DNA of 64,000 bases, from the IMG/VR virus record IMGVR_UViG_3300025133_000052, positions 29,285-93,284 of that record. The stretch is one strand, 5' to 3'. The DNA is from a virus. The position numbers and the translations under genes were made by a program. Below the pieces are notes generated by a model. That model ran no database searches and was not told the DNA's origin. It saw only the letters and a list, made by a program, of their open reading frames with translations. Below are positions 19,019 through 30,187 of this stretch, in pieces (positions within the stretch are counted from its first letter, which is position 1; every line of letters begins with the position of its first letter).

Positions 19019-20770
19019 TTAAACATCCCATCTAACGATAATATTTAAATCAACGTTATCAGGATTCTTAATTGGTTGAGCTAGCTTTCCTATAGCTAAC
19101 ATTTGACCATTATCATCATACAATCCTATAGTAGTTATGTACGGGTTAAATGCAGACGAGCTCACAAACCCATCCACAGCGTAACTGTCAGGATCGTTAT
19201 CTGGTCTTAAAGTAGGGTTTATAGATAAATTAAAATCTGATGCATCAATCTTACATATAGCTTGATTTTCATATATAGTGTGACTACCTTTATAGCTTAA
19301 ACTAAACCCATATTCATCAACGGTACCATAATCCAGGTTCCCAGTCTGGCCAGTTAATATATATTTATACTTCGGTAATGTGGGAGTTATGCATACATGA
19401 CCTGTACTGTAAAATACATTACCCGCGACATTAGTTTGATACGCTGATGATGTTATGTAATGATTATTAGCTAGTGATAATATAGCTTCCGTTGGTAGCG
19501 CTTCATTATATATCCTTAATTCATCGATACTACCAGAGTACCAATAATCACCAATACCACTTCCTCCTATCCATAAATCACTCGCATTATGTGTATCTCC
19601 CACCGTAGTGTCCGGTACCTGGTTACTTAAAACTCCATCCACCCATATCTGTAAATAACTTGATGATCTCTGACATAGTATGTGATGCTGTGTACCTCCA
19701 TAATTAGGAAATAATGCAGCTGAAGAAGTTACTGTCGGGATATTATTTGTATCACTCCTACTAAATTGGATCTTACCTCTATCACCACTAGTTATTGCCC
19801 TGTGATTATTTAATTGAATTTTAAAAGGATAACATCCAGTCGACTCGACATCCTTTTTGAATGACAGTCCCTGTGTAAGTGAATAGGCAGGATATTCACC
19901 TCGACCATCTTTACATATAATAGTATTTTCCCTGTATATGTTTCCGAAACGATCTGTTGAATCCTGCTGATATCCAGCTTCAGCCCAAAACGATATCGCA
20001 AAATCCTTATTAGACCTAAAGTTAAAATCTTTATGATTATAGATCCTCATGCTCCCGGTTGTCGGGAAATTAGCTCTTACACCACTCCTCTCATTAACAG
20101 CACCTGTAGTAGTAATACCCTCACTAAATTTTACTTTATTCAGATACGCTGGATGTTTGTTTATTAAACCATCCTTAGCGTAATTAGTAAACCCTAAATA
20201 CTCAGTACCTTGATCTTTATAAAATTCATTAAATCCCCAATATCCTACTAATGCACTTGAAGATGCAAATGAACCGGTTACTATGACCGCATCTAAAAGA
20301 TTTTCTTTCCTATCATCAGATAAACTTATAGTAGTTATATCACCATAGCTACCACTCCTACTACTATCTACTATAGTAACTGATCCCGGTTTTATATTCT
20401 CACCGTACATTTTTTGCGGTACAGATATAACGTTAACTCTTCCAGGTAAATTTCTTTTACTTAAAAATATATCATCTGTACCGTAACTCTCAAAAGGTTT
20501 ATCAGATCGAGCATAAAACATATTATCGATTGAATTATGTATTACTTGCTGGTATTTCCCTAATGAAGTAGTTGGATAGGTTAAGGCATCATTTGCCCCT
20601 ATTGGAATCTTAACACTCGAAGTACTGTGGCCGACAAATATATTCGCACCATAACTAGCACTGTAATTACCTTGATTGAAGTAATAATTTTTATGCGCCT
20701 TGAATGGTGTTACTGAATAATCGCTCGCGTCAATTGGTTTAAATACTGTAACTCTAGATTTACTTGTCAT
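19019..20770 (-). CDS. Baseplate/fibre-attachment protein with a LamG/ConA-like domain
   Basis: FAISFW...YSGSIDELRIYN LamG pattern; C-terminal YITTIGLYDDNGQMLAIGKL. Confidence 0.7.
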   Translation of the reverse strand: MTSKSRVTVFKPIDASDYSVTPFKAHKNYYFNQGNYSASYGANIFVGHSTSSVKIPIGANDALTYPTTSLGKYQQVIHNSIDNMFYARSDKPFESYGTDDIFLSKRNLPGRVNVISVPQKMYGENIKPGSVTIVDSSRSGSYGDITTISLSDDRKENLLDAVIVTGSFASSSALVGYWGFNEFYKDQGTEYLGFTNYAKDGLINKHPAYLNKVKFSEGITTTGAVNERSGVRANFPTTGSMRIYNHKDFNFRSNKDFAISFWAEAGYQQDSTDRFGNIYRENTIICKDGRGEYPAYSLTQGLSFKKDVESTGCYPFKIQLNNHRAITSGDRGKIQFSRSDTNNIPTVTSSAALFPNYGGTQHHILCQRSSSYLQIWVDGVLSNQVPDTTVGDTHNASDLWIGGSGIGDYWYSGSIDELRIYNEALPTEAILSLANNHYITSSAYQTNVAGNVFYSTGHVCITPTLPKYKYILTGQTGNLDYGTVDEYGFSLSYKGSHTIYENQAICKIDASDFNLSINPTLRPDNDPDSYAVDGFVSSSAFNPYITTIGLYDDNGQMLAIGKLAQPIKNPDNVDLNIIVRWDV

Positions 20771-20819
20771 AATAAACGGAACCCTTTATATAATATAAAT
20801 ATGAAGGAGTTTTAATTTA

Positions 20820-22106
20820 CTAGAAATCCAACTTAACTCGTACTAACGCTTCCCTGTCAAATGATTTAATTGTAGCTTTACTTAATTTACCTACTGCCAG
20901 TAATTCCTGTCTATCGTTATAAAGTCCGACAGTTGTAAGATATACTTTAGGATCCTTATAGAATGTAGGTTGTGTAAACTCTCCCGTAGACCCTGTAGCG
21001 AAAGTAGGGTTATTAGAAAAATTATAATCTCCATTCTTAACCCTTACAAAATAATTAGCTGAAGTTATAATTTCTGAATTCCTAGCTTGAAATCCCTTTG
21101 TTGCATCAACAACAGCTGATCCTGAAATTGAGTTAAATAGCTTAAATGCATTATACCCTTCAACAGCTGATGCTGTAACAGTATTAAATGAACATGATTG
21201 ATTTAAAGGTAAATCATCTAGTACTGCATATCCTGTATTAGGATATACTAATCCATAATAATGTATGGCTCCTGAACCGTCTTTATAGACTCCATTATTA
21301 ATAGACCCACTAACTACATTATATACTGCAGCTGTTTGTCCACCTGCAGTCGAAACTGTCTGTGCACTATCTCCTGAATCATCTATTAAAGATATAACAG
21401 TATTACATAAAGTAGCATTAACAAACGACCCAGTTCCTATTGAACCACTATTAGGAGAAGCTTCATTAGAACCTGTAATTTGTGCTAAGTTTAATTCCCA
21501 GTTACCTGGATCAATCTTGTCTCTTAATCTCGCGCGCTGAATATTTACAATGTAAATACTATCAGAATTTCTCGTTGAGTCAACTCCCGTTTTAAAGGTA
21601 AATTGTGTATCGTTAGGATCTAATAATAGATTTCTATATTGAGAGTAAATAGCTTTTGTAGTGGAGTCATTTAACTGACCATCCGAATAAGACCCACTCC
21701 CTAATCTGTTACCGTACGCTACAGCAAATTGTGTCGCTCCTCCATTACCAAGGGATGCACTATTCTGTACATCTACGTAGTATTTAAATTGTGTTGAAGT
21801 TTCAGTAGATGAAGTATAAAAAGTAACCAACTCACCAACATTACCTGTCCACAATCCCCTCGTTACTGTTTTTTTCTGATTTAAAACCACATCATTTCCT
21901 ACATCAAATATAGAGAATACCTTACCACTGTTAGTTGTTTGTACTGCACGAGCGTTAGCTGTTTGAATTTTCTGAGCAATTATATTCGCCCTCTCCTCAA
22001 CTGCAATATTAAATGCAGCTCGATCAGCCACATCACCTTTTGAAGCTTCACTAACCGATTGGACATCCCTACGTTGTTGTCTTAAATTTAATGATAATCT
22101 TGCCAT
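20820..22106 (-). CDS. Baseplate structural protein; C-terminus paralogous to 19019..20770
   Basis: YLTTVGLYNDRQELLAVGKLSK (tail-collar/DUF3751-like). Confidence 0.65.
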   Translation of the reverse strand: MARLSLNLRQQRRDVQSVSEASKGDVADRAAFNIAVEERANIIAQKIQTANARAVQTTNSGKVFSIFDVGNDVVLNQKKTVTRGLWTGNVGELVTFYTSSTETSTQFKYYVDVQNSASLGNGGATQFAVAYGNRLGSGSYSDGQLNDSTTKAIYSQYRNLLLDPNDTQFTFKTGVDSTRNSDSIYIVNIQRARLRDKIDPGNWELNLAQITGSNEASPNSGSIGTGSFVNATLCNTVISLIDDSGDSAQTVSTAGGQTAAVYNVVSGSINNGVYKDGSGAIHYYGLVYPNTGYAVLDDLPLNQSCSFNTVTASAVEGYNAFKLFNSISGSAVVDATKGFQARNSEIITSANYFVRVKNGDYNFSNNPTFATGSTGEFTQPTFYKDPKVYLTTVGLYNDRQELLAVGKLSKATIKSFDREALVRVKLDF

Positions 22107-22127
22107 AACTGTTTATCTGTTTTTATA

Positions 22128-22796
22128 TTATGTTGTACCTGACGTAAATACAGTCGCTTGTTTAACTGTTAGAGTAGCTGTCACTCTACCACCTGTTTCG
22201 TTTCCAATAATCGTTATAGTAGCCGTAGCATCTGACGTCATTTGTGTTTTAGCTATTATATCAAATGAAAATCCACTTACTGCTACCGATTGAGCTGATT
22301 CCGTATCACCAATAAATCTCGGTACTGATGGAGAAGCTCCTGCAGTTGTTAACGCTCCTCCGGAACTTACTACTAATTGTGCTGCATCTGAATTACTTAA
22401 AATACAAGTATATCCCAATGTTGCATTACCGTTCGCGAAGTTAGAAGTATTAGGTGCAATTGTAGCCACATCCCCACCCGATGTTAATACGATAGAAGAA
22501 TTAGCGATATTAATAACAGGAATTCTAGTCGTGTCTTTTGGTAGCGTCACTAATTTATATTTCATCATTTGTGATTCATCAGGTAACGCCTCTACTAGTG
22601 GCATATTTTCAATAATAATACCGTAATAATTAGACCCTAGTGGATGTGCTGGGTTCCATAGATTATAATCTACTTCGTCATCTGCTAAAGCAAACTGAGT
22701 TATATTAAACTCATCTCTTCCCTTAGATAATAACTCTCTTCCTTTATTAGTTAAAATAGCGTCAACTGTAACGCTTGAATTATTTAAATACCCCAT
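22128..22796 (-). CDS. Baseplate structural protein
   Basis: DAILTNKGRELL...ITQFALADDEVDY N-terminus typical of baseplate-fibre junction proteins. Confidence 0.6.
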   Translation of the reverse strand: MGYLNNSSVTVDAILTNKGRELLSKGRDEFNITQFALADDEVDYNLWNPAHPLGSNYYGIIIENMPLVEALPDESQMMKYKLVTLPKDTTRIPVINIANSSIVLTSGGDVATIAPNTSNFANGNATLGYTCILSNSDAAQLVVSSGGALTTAGASPSVPRFIGDTESAQSVAVSGFSFDIIAKTQMTSDATATITIIGNETGGRVTATLTVKQATVFTSGTT

Positions 22797-22851
22797 AACT
22801 TCCCTTGAATTAATTTATTTTGTTCATATATAAATATATTGAAATTAAAAA

Positions 22852-25800
22852 TTATAACACCTTGATACTTCCTGACGCTCCAGTCGGTGAAACTATAAAT
22901 TTATTTGGATTTGCTTTTGTTATCTCTACCACTGGTCCACCGTCAATTGTATCAGGTGAATCCACATTAAAATCAGCAGACGTTACCTTACTTCCCTCAT
23001 ACCTGTGATTAGCTGTTCCTTGAGGTAAAAATTCTACCGTATCTGTAGCTTCGACATAGTACGGTGTTTTATAGTACAGTTTAAGTCCTATAGTATCCAG
23101 CGATGCCGTTGTATTAATACTCGATGGTGGGAGAGCAAAGACCTTCGCGAAACTTACAGCTACGCCAAAGCTTGAAGATGTATATATACCTATATCCTGT
23201 TCCGGATTACCATAATAACTACTCGTTAATCGATAGTTGGGAGATCCAGTATATACATCATACTCTCCAACAGGATACACATCACTCGTAGCGAACGCAT
23301 TATTACTTTGACTTAAGTAATTCATCCCGTTTGATTCGTAATTCTTAACAAGTATAGTATTACTAATCGCCACTTTAGGTGGATTAGTGATAGTTACACC
23401 ACTGACACTAAAAGGAAGGTGTATACGACATCCCATTAATATAGATTCAGACGGAAATGTAAACCCGTAATTACGGCCTACTATAAAGTTACCAACTAGT
23501 CCAGATATTGGATTATCCGCATAAACATCATCCGGGGATCCTGTTACATTATTAATATTAAACCATGGCACGTCCCCCAATAACCCTATCGACTGAGTAA
23601 CCTCCTTACAGTATTCCCAACCAGTCTCATGAGTTGTGTACCTAGTTATAGGATTATTCAATGAGCTAGATATACTGTGTGTTACAGTATTGTAAACTCC
23701 GGGATAAATTCTATTATCCATTATTGTAGGAGTTAATCCCTCAGCTTCATAGTAAGGTATTTCTGCTTTTTTTAATTGATAATATACGGTAGTCTTAACA
23801 CTATCAACATATACATAGTGTGTACCCGCGCCACTATTTTGAGCCTTAAATGTAGCATATAAGCCACCTTCAACATTATATATAATTTCTCTCAGCACCT
23901 CCGCGGTAGTACCCCACCTCTCTGTTGGTCCACCGTATGATCGAGTAACACCACCGTTTATGGATTGAGATGTAGCTAAATCACTAGGAAAAAATCCATC
24001 ATCATTAGCTAGCCGTACACTATAATCATACATCCTATCATTCTTAGAAGCAGACAAATGATATGTACACTCTATACCCATTATATCGATGCTCTCACTA
24101 GGTGGTAGCGAAGCTTTATTAATACCATCAAATGTATAACTCAATAATTTCTTAGAATAAGCACCAGCAGATAAATATGCACTGGTGTACTTGTTATCAA
24201 AACTTCCTGTTGCGTTACTAAGTATTGTCCAGTCTGTACCTGAACCATTATTTACTGGCAGCACTAGCGGATAACCACTAACAATGTTACTGTAAAATGA
24301 ATCCACAGAATAAACAGCAGGGTTAACGGACAGGCTTAAGCTTATATGCGCGGTAGGTAAATTATCGTAACTACCTGATATATTATCTGCAGGGTAAAGA
24401 GACATAGACGCTTCATTTAATATAAAACTTCCAGTCGGTGTTGGGTTGATCTGAGATTGATCCAGTGACATACTGTAGAAGGGCTCCTCCCAAGTCATTT
24501 GATCTATTACTCTATCCTTACTCCTTTCCAGTATGTTAGGCTCAATCAGTACCCCGTCTAGCTTTTTAGTACGTGCAGGTAGTAGTTGTTCGATTTGTTT
24601 AAATAACGACATATCGTACTGATATATCATCCTTAAGTATTCGTTATAATTATTTCTGTCAGAATATTTTTTCCAGTAATCCCATGACAGTGATTTTAAT
24701 TCAGGATAGTCATCTTCATATACTGAATCAGGAGCTCCAATGTAATCATCTATTTCAAAAAACCCTAATTGATTAAAAATATCTTCGTTAATGGAATTTT
24801 GAGGTGAGAAGTATATTCCTAATCTCGGTGAATCAACCGGAGCTGTATCGTATGTTGATTTCTCTTTCCTTGTATCAGTATTTAAAAATCCTGTTAAAGT
24901 ACTACTCTCAGCTCTTACCTTTTCACTCCATAAGTTATTACCACCCATTGATGGGTTTTCTATATAATATGTTTCATCGACACCGTAAAAACTACTTTGA
25001 CTAACAAATCCTGCAAAGCTAGCTGATGTAACATATCCTCCCTCAAACTCTAATATATTTTGATTCGGGTGCTGAGACATTAAGCTCGATGAGATTGAAA
25101 GATCGAATTTCTGTCTTAAAGGTATTCTAAATCTTAATTGCTGATACGATGATGTTATTGAATTACCGTCATACGCAGATGGGGATGTAACGTGGTTAGC
25201 AAAATCCTCCTCATCAAGTGGCTTTGCCCAATATCTTATTTCTTGATACGAACCTGAAAAATGACTTATACCTGAAGGATTATCTCCCCACCCGATGTGT
25301 ACCTTTGGCACTGATACGGTCCCTGCACTATCCGGTCGTTTCCATGCATGATTATATGAATACTCCGTTGCCCCGTTAATAGCAATACTCGCAGATGCAT
25401 CAGTGGTTAATTTACTATATTTATGTTTTTTAAGAAATACAGTATAAGAGTTATTCGAACCTGTAATATCAGTACTCGTATCCCTCCTAACCATTAAACC
25501 TGCCCAGTTACCATCAAATAAGTATTCATCAGTAATTGAGCCCGTTTTATATCCACTAGAACCTGATAGATAGAAATTTAAATTTCCCTTTTGTTTATTA
25601 CTACCGGATGGAACAGCTGTGACGTACCATTCAGGTCTCGGTCCAAACCCTCCCTGTAATACAGTTACACCACTAATAGATTCCTTTAGACCATCCTTCG
25701 TCCTAAACCTCAACTCTAAAGTGTCTGGTGTTTTATATGAGCCAGTCTTTACTGGTAACCAAGCCGACGAAATATACTGACCACCATTCACCCTAAGTGC

Positions 25801-27654
25801 GTACGAATAATCATCTTTTACGTAAACTGGTTTTTTTGTTGAAATCGGTAACTTAGGTCCACCGTACTCCCTTATAGATAATAAAGTTTGAGGAATCCCG
25901 TAACAAGCTAAAAGTGCCTTAACAGAACGAGCTGTACCTTTCGTTTTTAATAGAAACGGTAAGTTGTTAACAATCCTTCTCCATATTTCCTTCGTAACCT
26001 GTCCCCTAGGTTTACTCTCTACTGATCCCGTTTGTTGTGTCGCACCAGCTTGATTCGTCCCTAAAGTATATTCCCAAAGATCCGTTGTATTGTTTCCTAG
26101 AGATAAATTCCATCCCATCGATTTAGCTACGTTAAATAATAGCTCGTTAGCCATCCCTTCAGTAGGATGCTCCTCCCTAGTAATTGTTTTATTTAAGTGA
26201 GATATATAGGTCCACAGTATATCAAAATGATGGCCCATCATATTAACAAATACATCATACTGTTCATTACCAGAATCGACTCTAATATGCTCCGGTATTG
26301 TTTTTACTAAACTACTATCGTTGTATTTATCGTAAAGAGACGCTGATGATATTGCAGCATTGTACCAGTTAGTAGATATCGATGATGTTACATCGTATAG
26401 CGTATAGGGCTTAATAGCTGGATACGTATCAACTACACCTCCTTGCTGGAATGAAAAATTAGCATTACTCCATTGCTGCTGAGCCTGTTGCCAAGTAAGC
26501 GGGGTAGTAACCCTCGAGTCCGGTTTCTTAGGCCACGGGTGTATAGAACAACTTCCAAAAGTAAATGTACCGCTACCGCTTTGAAAATATAAATAATTTT
26601 CAAAATCATCAAATCCAGATATTATCTCATTACGTTTCTTTGTAGTAACCGTGGTGTTATCACCTACAGATCCCGTATATGTATTAATCGACGTTAACGT
26701 AGCATCATACTGCTCTATTAATTCAAGCTTATATTTAAAATTCTTAATCCTCTCTTCAGCTGAACTAAAATGCACGAAGTTTTCGAATTCACAGTAATCG
26801 ATATTTAATTTAATACCACTTAAACTACCGCTAAAGTACGTATCTATTAATTGTTGGGATGTTGACACTCCGGAACCTAATAGCTGATTCCATGTTTTAA
26901 AATCCGTCTCTGTCTTTAATCTATAGTCAGTAACAATATCGAAATTTGGACCTTTGACATTATTTTGTAGTACTGGTACGGGAGCTCCTATCACTTTAAT
27001 ATTATCAATATAGGGTGAAGACACCTCATCTGCAATCCAAGACTCATCCCCAATCTCAATATCATCTGAAAGTGGTTCGTACAATCGTATGACTATCGTT
27101 GTTTCTGTATCCGTTGTTCCGTCGACCAACCAATTAACTGCCGTAGCGGTTAAGTCGTTACCAAAGTTAACTATAAAATCAACATCGTTAATTGCATCTA
27201 AGGTACTAAGCCCACCAGTGTAATTTGAAAAATCATCTACTGGCTTTAATCGTATCTCCTTTCTTGATGGGGATATCTCTGTTAACGCTAACTTAATACC
27301 GTCAAATGATCCTATAATATTTTTGTAAAAATTAAGTGAAAATTTATATTCACCTGATAGTAATCCTAAATCTCTTACCGCTTCATGTATATCAAAATAA
27401 TAATTTCTAACGATGCTGTCTGTAACATCTGATTTAGGTTTCTTTTTCTTGTACTCCGCGTTATGATTAGAAGTAATATAATTACCGTCAATATCATATA
27501 CATGAAATTCAATTAATTCATTTTCGTTGGCATCAAATGAAGGTGTAGTATTTTCATATTTAAGAACTAATAAGTCCTTTTCCGTAAGTCTATCCCCTCG
27601 AGTAGGTTGTGTACTAACTAGTATTGAATCTATATTTTTATAATCCTTTAACAT
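22852..27654 (-). CDS. Large baseplate wedge protein (gp7/P2 gpI-like core)
   Basis: 1600 aa; KTKGTARSVKALL motif; located among baseplate genes. Confidence 0.6.
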   Translation of the reverse strand: MLKDYKNIDSILVSTQPTRGDRLTEKDLLVLKYENTTPSFDANENELIEFHVYDIDGNYITSNHNAEYKKKKPKSDVTDSIVRNYYFDIHEAVRDLGLLSGEYKFSLNFYKNIIGSFDGIKLALTEISPSRKEIRLKPVDDFSNYTGGLSTLDAINDVDFIVNFGNDLTATAVNWLVDGTTDTETTIVIRLYEPLSDDIEIGDESWIADEVSSPYIDNIKVIGAPVPVLQNNVKGPNFDIVTDYRLKTETDFKTWNQLLGSGVSTSQQLIDTYFSGSLSGIKLNIDYCEFENFVHFSSAEERIKNFKYKLELIEQYDATLTSINTYTGSVGDNTTVTTKKRNEIISGFDDFENYLYFQSGSGTFTFGSCSIHPWPKKPDSRVTTPLTWQQAQQQWSNANFSFQQGGVVDTYPAIKPYTLYDVTSSISTNWYNAAISSASLYDKYNDSSLVKTIPEHIRVDSGNEQYDVFVNMMGHHFDILWTYISHLNKTITREEHPTEGMANELLFNVAKSMGWNLSLGNNTTDLWEYTLGTNQAGATQQTGSVESKPRGQVTKEIWRRIVNNLPFLLKTKGTARSVKALLACYGIPQTLLSIREYGGPKLPISTKKPVYVKDDYSYALRVNGGQYISSAWLPVKTGSYKTPDTLELRFRTKDGLKESISGVTVLQGGFGPRPEWYVTAVPSGSNKQKGNLNFYLSGSSGYKTGSITDEYLFDGNWAGLMVRRDTSTDITGSNNSYTVFLKKHKYSKLTTDASASIAINGATEYSYNHAWKRPDSAGTVSVPKVHIGWGDNPSGISHFSGSYQEIRYWAKPLDEEDFANHVTSPSAYDGNSITSSYQQLRFRIPLRQKFDLSISSSLMSQHPNQNILEFEGGYVTSASFAGFVSQSSFYGVDETYYIENPSMGGNNLWSEKVRAESSTLTGFLNTDTRKEKSTYDTAPVDSPRLGIYFSPQNSINEDIFNQLGFFEIDDYIGAPDSVYEDDYPELKSLSWDYWKKYSDRNNYNEYLRMIYQYDMSLFKQIEQLLPARTKKLDGVLIEPNILERSKDRVIDQMTWEEPFYSMSLDQSQINPTPTGSFILNEASMSLYPADNISGSYDNLPTAHISLSLSVNPAVYSVDSFYSNIVSGYPLVLPVNNGSGTDWTILSNATGSFDNKYTSAYLSAGAYSKKLLSYTFDGINKASLPPSESIDIMGIECTYHLSASKNDRMYDYSVRLANDDGFFPSDLATSQSINGGVTRSYGGPTERWGTTAEVLREIIYNVEGGLYATFKAQNSGAGTHYVYVDSVKTTVYYQLKKAEIPYYEAEGLTPTIMDNRIYPGVYNTVTHSISSSLNNPITRYTTHETGWEYCKEVTQSIGLLGDVPWFNINNVTGSPDDVYADNPISGLVGNFIVGRNYGFTFPSESILMGCRIHLPFSVSGVTITNPPKVAISNTILVKNYESNGMNYLSQSNNAFATSDVYPVGEYDVYTGSPNYRLTSSYYGNPEQDIGIYTSSSFGVAVSFAKVFALPPSSINTTASLDTIGLKLYYKTPYYVEATDTVEFLPQGTANHRYEGSKVTSADFNVDSPDTIDGGPVVEITKANPNKFIVSPTGASGSIKVL

Positions 27655-29096
27655 TATTGTAATCCCGCCAACTCACTCTGTTTATTAGCTAAATCAGTCT
27701 TGAGTACTATACTTATATTACTTACCTCTTGAAGTGAGTCCTCACTATCAGGTCCATACCCTGCTTGGCGATAATTTTTCGATATCCGTCGAACCGCAGA
27801 TCCTGACTGTAAATCTCCATTACCGTCAACAAAATTACTGTACTCACCGTTATTTACACGAGCTTTCCATATACCTGTATTAGTGTCGTTAAACCCTGTA
27901 TCATCTATAGCTTGAATCATACGTGCATTCAACTCACCCATCCTAGTCTCAATCTCGACTATCTCTGCCTGTAATGTAGCTATTGCATCAGCATTATTTA
28001 TAGCTGCTGTTTCAGCCGCGGCGGCCGCTCCGGACTGCGTCCCTATATTAACTGTTTGACTAGGTGGAGTGCTACCAATCTTAACCGGATCCGCAGGACC
28101 CATCTCAACCTTAGTACGCTCTATCGGATACCCGTCTTCATCTAATTCTACGTTCCCGTTTTCATCGTACGATAATCCTAGATTGACTGTGTACGGTTGT
28201 GGTTGGTCTGGTATTTTAATTGTAACAGTATCACGGGTTGGATTAACTATATATTCTGTAACGTATCCCTCATCCATTAACCTTAAATCATCTAAAGTAA
28301 CTGTCTTAATAGAACCCTGGTATGCATTCAATATAGTCTCTAACAATGACTTACCAGTGACGGGCTGCGTTACAGTGATAGGATACCCGGACTGTTGAGC
28401 TGAATACGTGTTGTCCTGCACGAAAATATCTGGTATAAATCTTAACTTACCTTTATGTACGATATAAGACCAAGTCTTTTCAGGTATTGTTAATATTGTA
28501 CCGTCAGGGTATACCTGATCATCCTGTCCCGTTAAACCCTCGAGTTGATCGTTAAGTCGTCCCAATTCATCATCCTTATCATCCAATTGTCCTTGTAATG
28601 CAGCTAACTGTTCCTCGAGTGTCATTAACTCCGTTTCGACTCTATCACTTAACCTTGAAACATCCACGGGTACTAATTCACGTATTAATACATCGATCTT
28701 CTTATCAAATATCTCTACGTCAAATTTTTGATTTTTTAATTCTATCCGTAACGGTACCTGTTCAGTTTTATCCTGATTACTTAGTATATAACCTGATGGA
28801 GTCCTATCTACACTCCTTACAGGTGGTTGGTTGCCTTGATCTTGTGTAGTGGAAGTAGCTGGATTATCCTCTGGATTAGATGTTATTGCATCATACCCAT
28901 CCTGCCCGGCATATTTTTTAATAAGCTTCCTTGTTATTTCCTCAAGGTCAATACTCTCACCCCAAATATCATATACATTTTCCTTAGACTCAACAGCACT
29001 TATCTTCTCCTCAACCTCCTGTTTTTCTTTATCAATCGATTGAAGGTCCCATAACGCTCTATTGACCTTGTCTTGTATTTTTGGATCCTTGAACAC
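27654..29096 (-). CDS. Hypothetical virion protein with coiled-coil segments
   Basis: 480 aa ORF tightly packed in the baseplate operon. Confidence 0.55.
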   Translation of the reverse strand: MFKDPKIQDKVNRALWDLQSIDKEKQEVEEKISAVESKENVYDIWGESIDLEEITRKLIKKYAGQDGYDAITSNPEDNPATSTTQDQGNQPPVRSVDRTPSGYILSNQDKTEQVPLRIELKNQKFDVEIFDKKIDVLIRELVPVDVSRLSDRVETELMTLEEQLAALQGQLDDKDDELGRLNDQLEGLTGQDDQVYPDGTILTIPEKTWSYIVHKGKLRFIPDIFVQDNTYSAQQSGYPITVTQPVTGKSLLETILNAYQGSIKTVTLDDLRLMDEGYVTEYIVNPTRDTVTIKIPDQPQPYTVNLGLSYDENGNVELDEDGYPIERTKVEMGPADPVKIGSTPPSQTVNIGTQSGAAAAAETAAINNADAIATLQAEIVEIETRMGELNARMIQAIDDTGFNDTNTGIWKARVNNGEYSNFVDGNGDLQSGSAVRRISKNYRQAGYGPDSEDSLQEVSNISIVLKTDLANKQSELAGLQ

Positions 29097-29098
29097 TT

Positions 29099-30187
29099 TT
29101 ATCTAACCAATTTAAATATATAATCATTGTCAAAATATTCTATATCTGTATCACTTCGTTTTATCTTTATTATAAATCTATAAAATCTTTCAGGGTGTAA
29201 CCCATCCATCCATAAATTAAAGTAATTCCCATTTGAGTCGCAACTCAATTTAGTGTGGTTATCGTCAAATGGAACAATAATTTCCTCTGTATATGCATCT
29301 CTCAAGGAGTAGTACGACGAAGTTGGTAGGTATTTAACATCTAGATAAGCTGAAGAAGTTGCAAATGTTTTAGTCGGAAATTTAGCTCTTCCATAGACTC
29401 TGAGCTTAGCCTTAGCTCCTGATTTATATTCTGTTTTTAGATTTCGAAAATATAAAGTCACATCTTCATCAGTTAACGGTGTTAATGAACCTGTACTAAA
29501 GGTACTGTCATCCCACCTAACCTCCAATTTAGGTTGATATACTGTATGTGTCTGTGTTGAGAAGAATTGTATGTTCCCTAAACTTGTTAAACTCTGCTCG
29601 TCGCTCGTCAACCTCTTCACTATAAACCCATTGTTAGTTATAGAGCTTGATAACCAAGCTTGAACTATCGTAGTAGTGTTCATATCGATATCTACGGCTG
29701 AGTAAGAGTAACTCTGTGTTGCAAAGCTCGTAGTGTACCAATTAGCTCCTCCAACAACAGCTGCATACGAACCAGTTACACCCGCTGTAAACGAACTAGT
29801 AGCCCACTGTGTACCTGCATCTACACCATCCCTATATTTCCAACTCGCTCCCTCAGTAACAGACGGTTTATTATATCTTCTACCTATCCCTCTATCCCAG
29901 CTCTCAGACACAGGGTAAGCCCTTAATGTATATATAGCAGGTATTTCCTGTTGATCGTCTGTAGCAAACATTCTTAAATGAAAGGATGGTGAAGTAATTA
30001 GCCCGTCTACAATTGACTGAGATATACTCGCTAGATCAAATTTTACTAGTGCTCTCGAATTATAAGATTGTGAAGTTGCAGGCTTAACAGCCTTGTCGAG
30101 CTCAAGTATCTGGTCTAAGCCTGTATTTAGACTTGACGAAGCTTCGTAAAGTGTTGTATCGAAATCTGCGAATATAGAATAAATCAT
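29099..30187 (-). CDS. DNRLRE/CBM96-like domain structural protein
   Basis: DTTLYE..N.G...SRALVKFDL...PKLEV pattern. Confidence 0.55.
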   Translation of the reverse strand: MIYSIFADFDTTLYEASSSLNTGLDQILELDKAVKPATSQSYNSRALVKFDLASISQSIVDGLITSPSFHLRMFATDDQQEIPAIYTLRAYPVSESWDRGIGRRYNKPSVTEGASWKYRDGVDAGTQWATSSFTAGVTGSYAAVVGGANWYTTSFATQSYSYSAVDIDMNTTTIVQAWLSSSITNNGFIVKRLTSDEQSLTSLGNIQFFSTQTHTVYQPKLEVRWDDSTFSTGSLTPLTDEDVTLYFRNLKTEYKSGAKAKLRVYGRAKFPTKTFATSSAYLDVKYLPTSSYYSLRDAYTEEIIVPFDDNHTKLSCDSNGNYFNLWMDGLHPERFYRFIIKIKRSDTDIEYFDNDYIFKLVR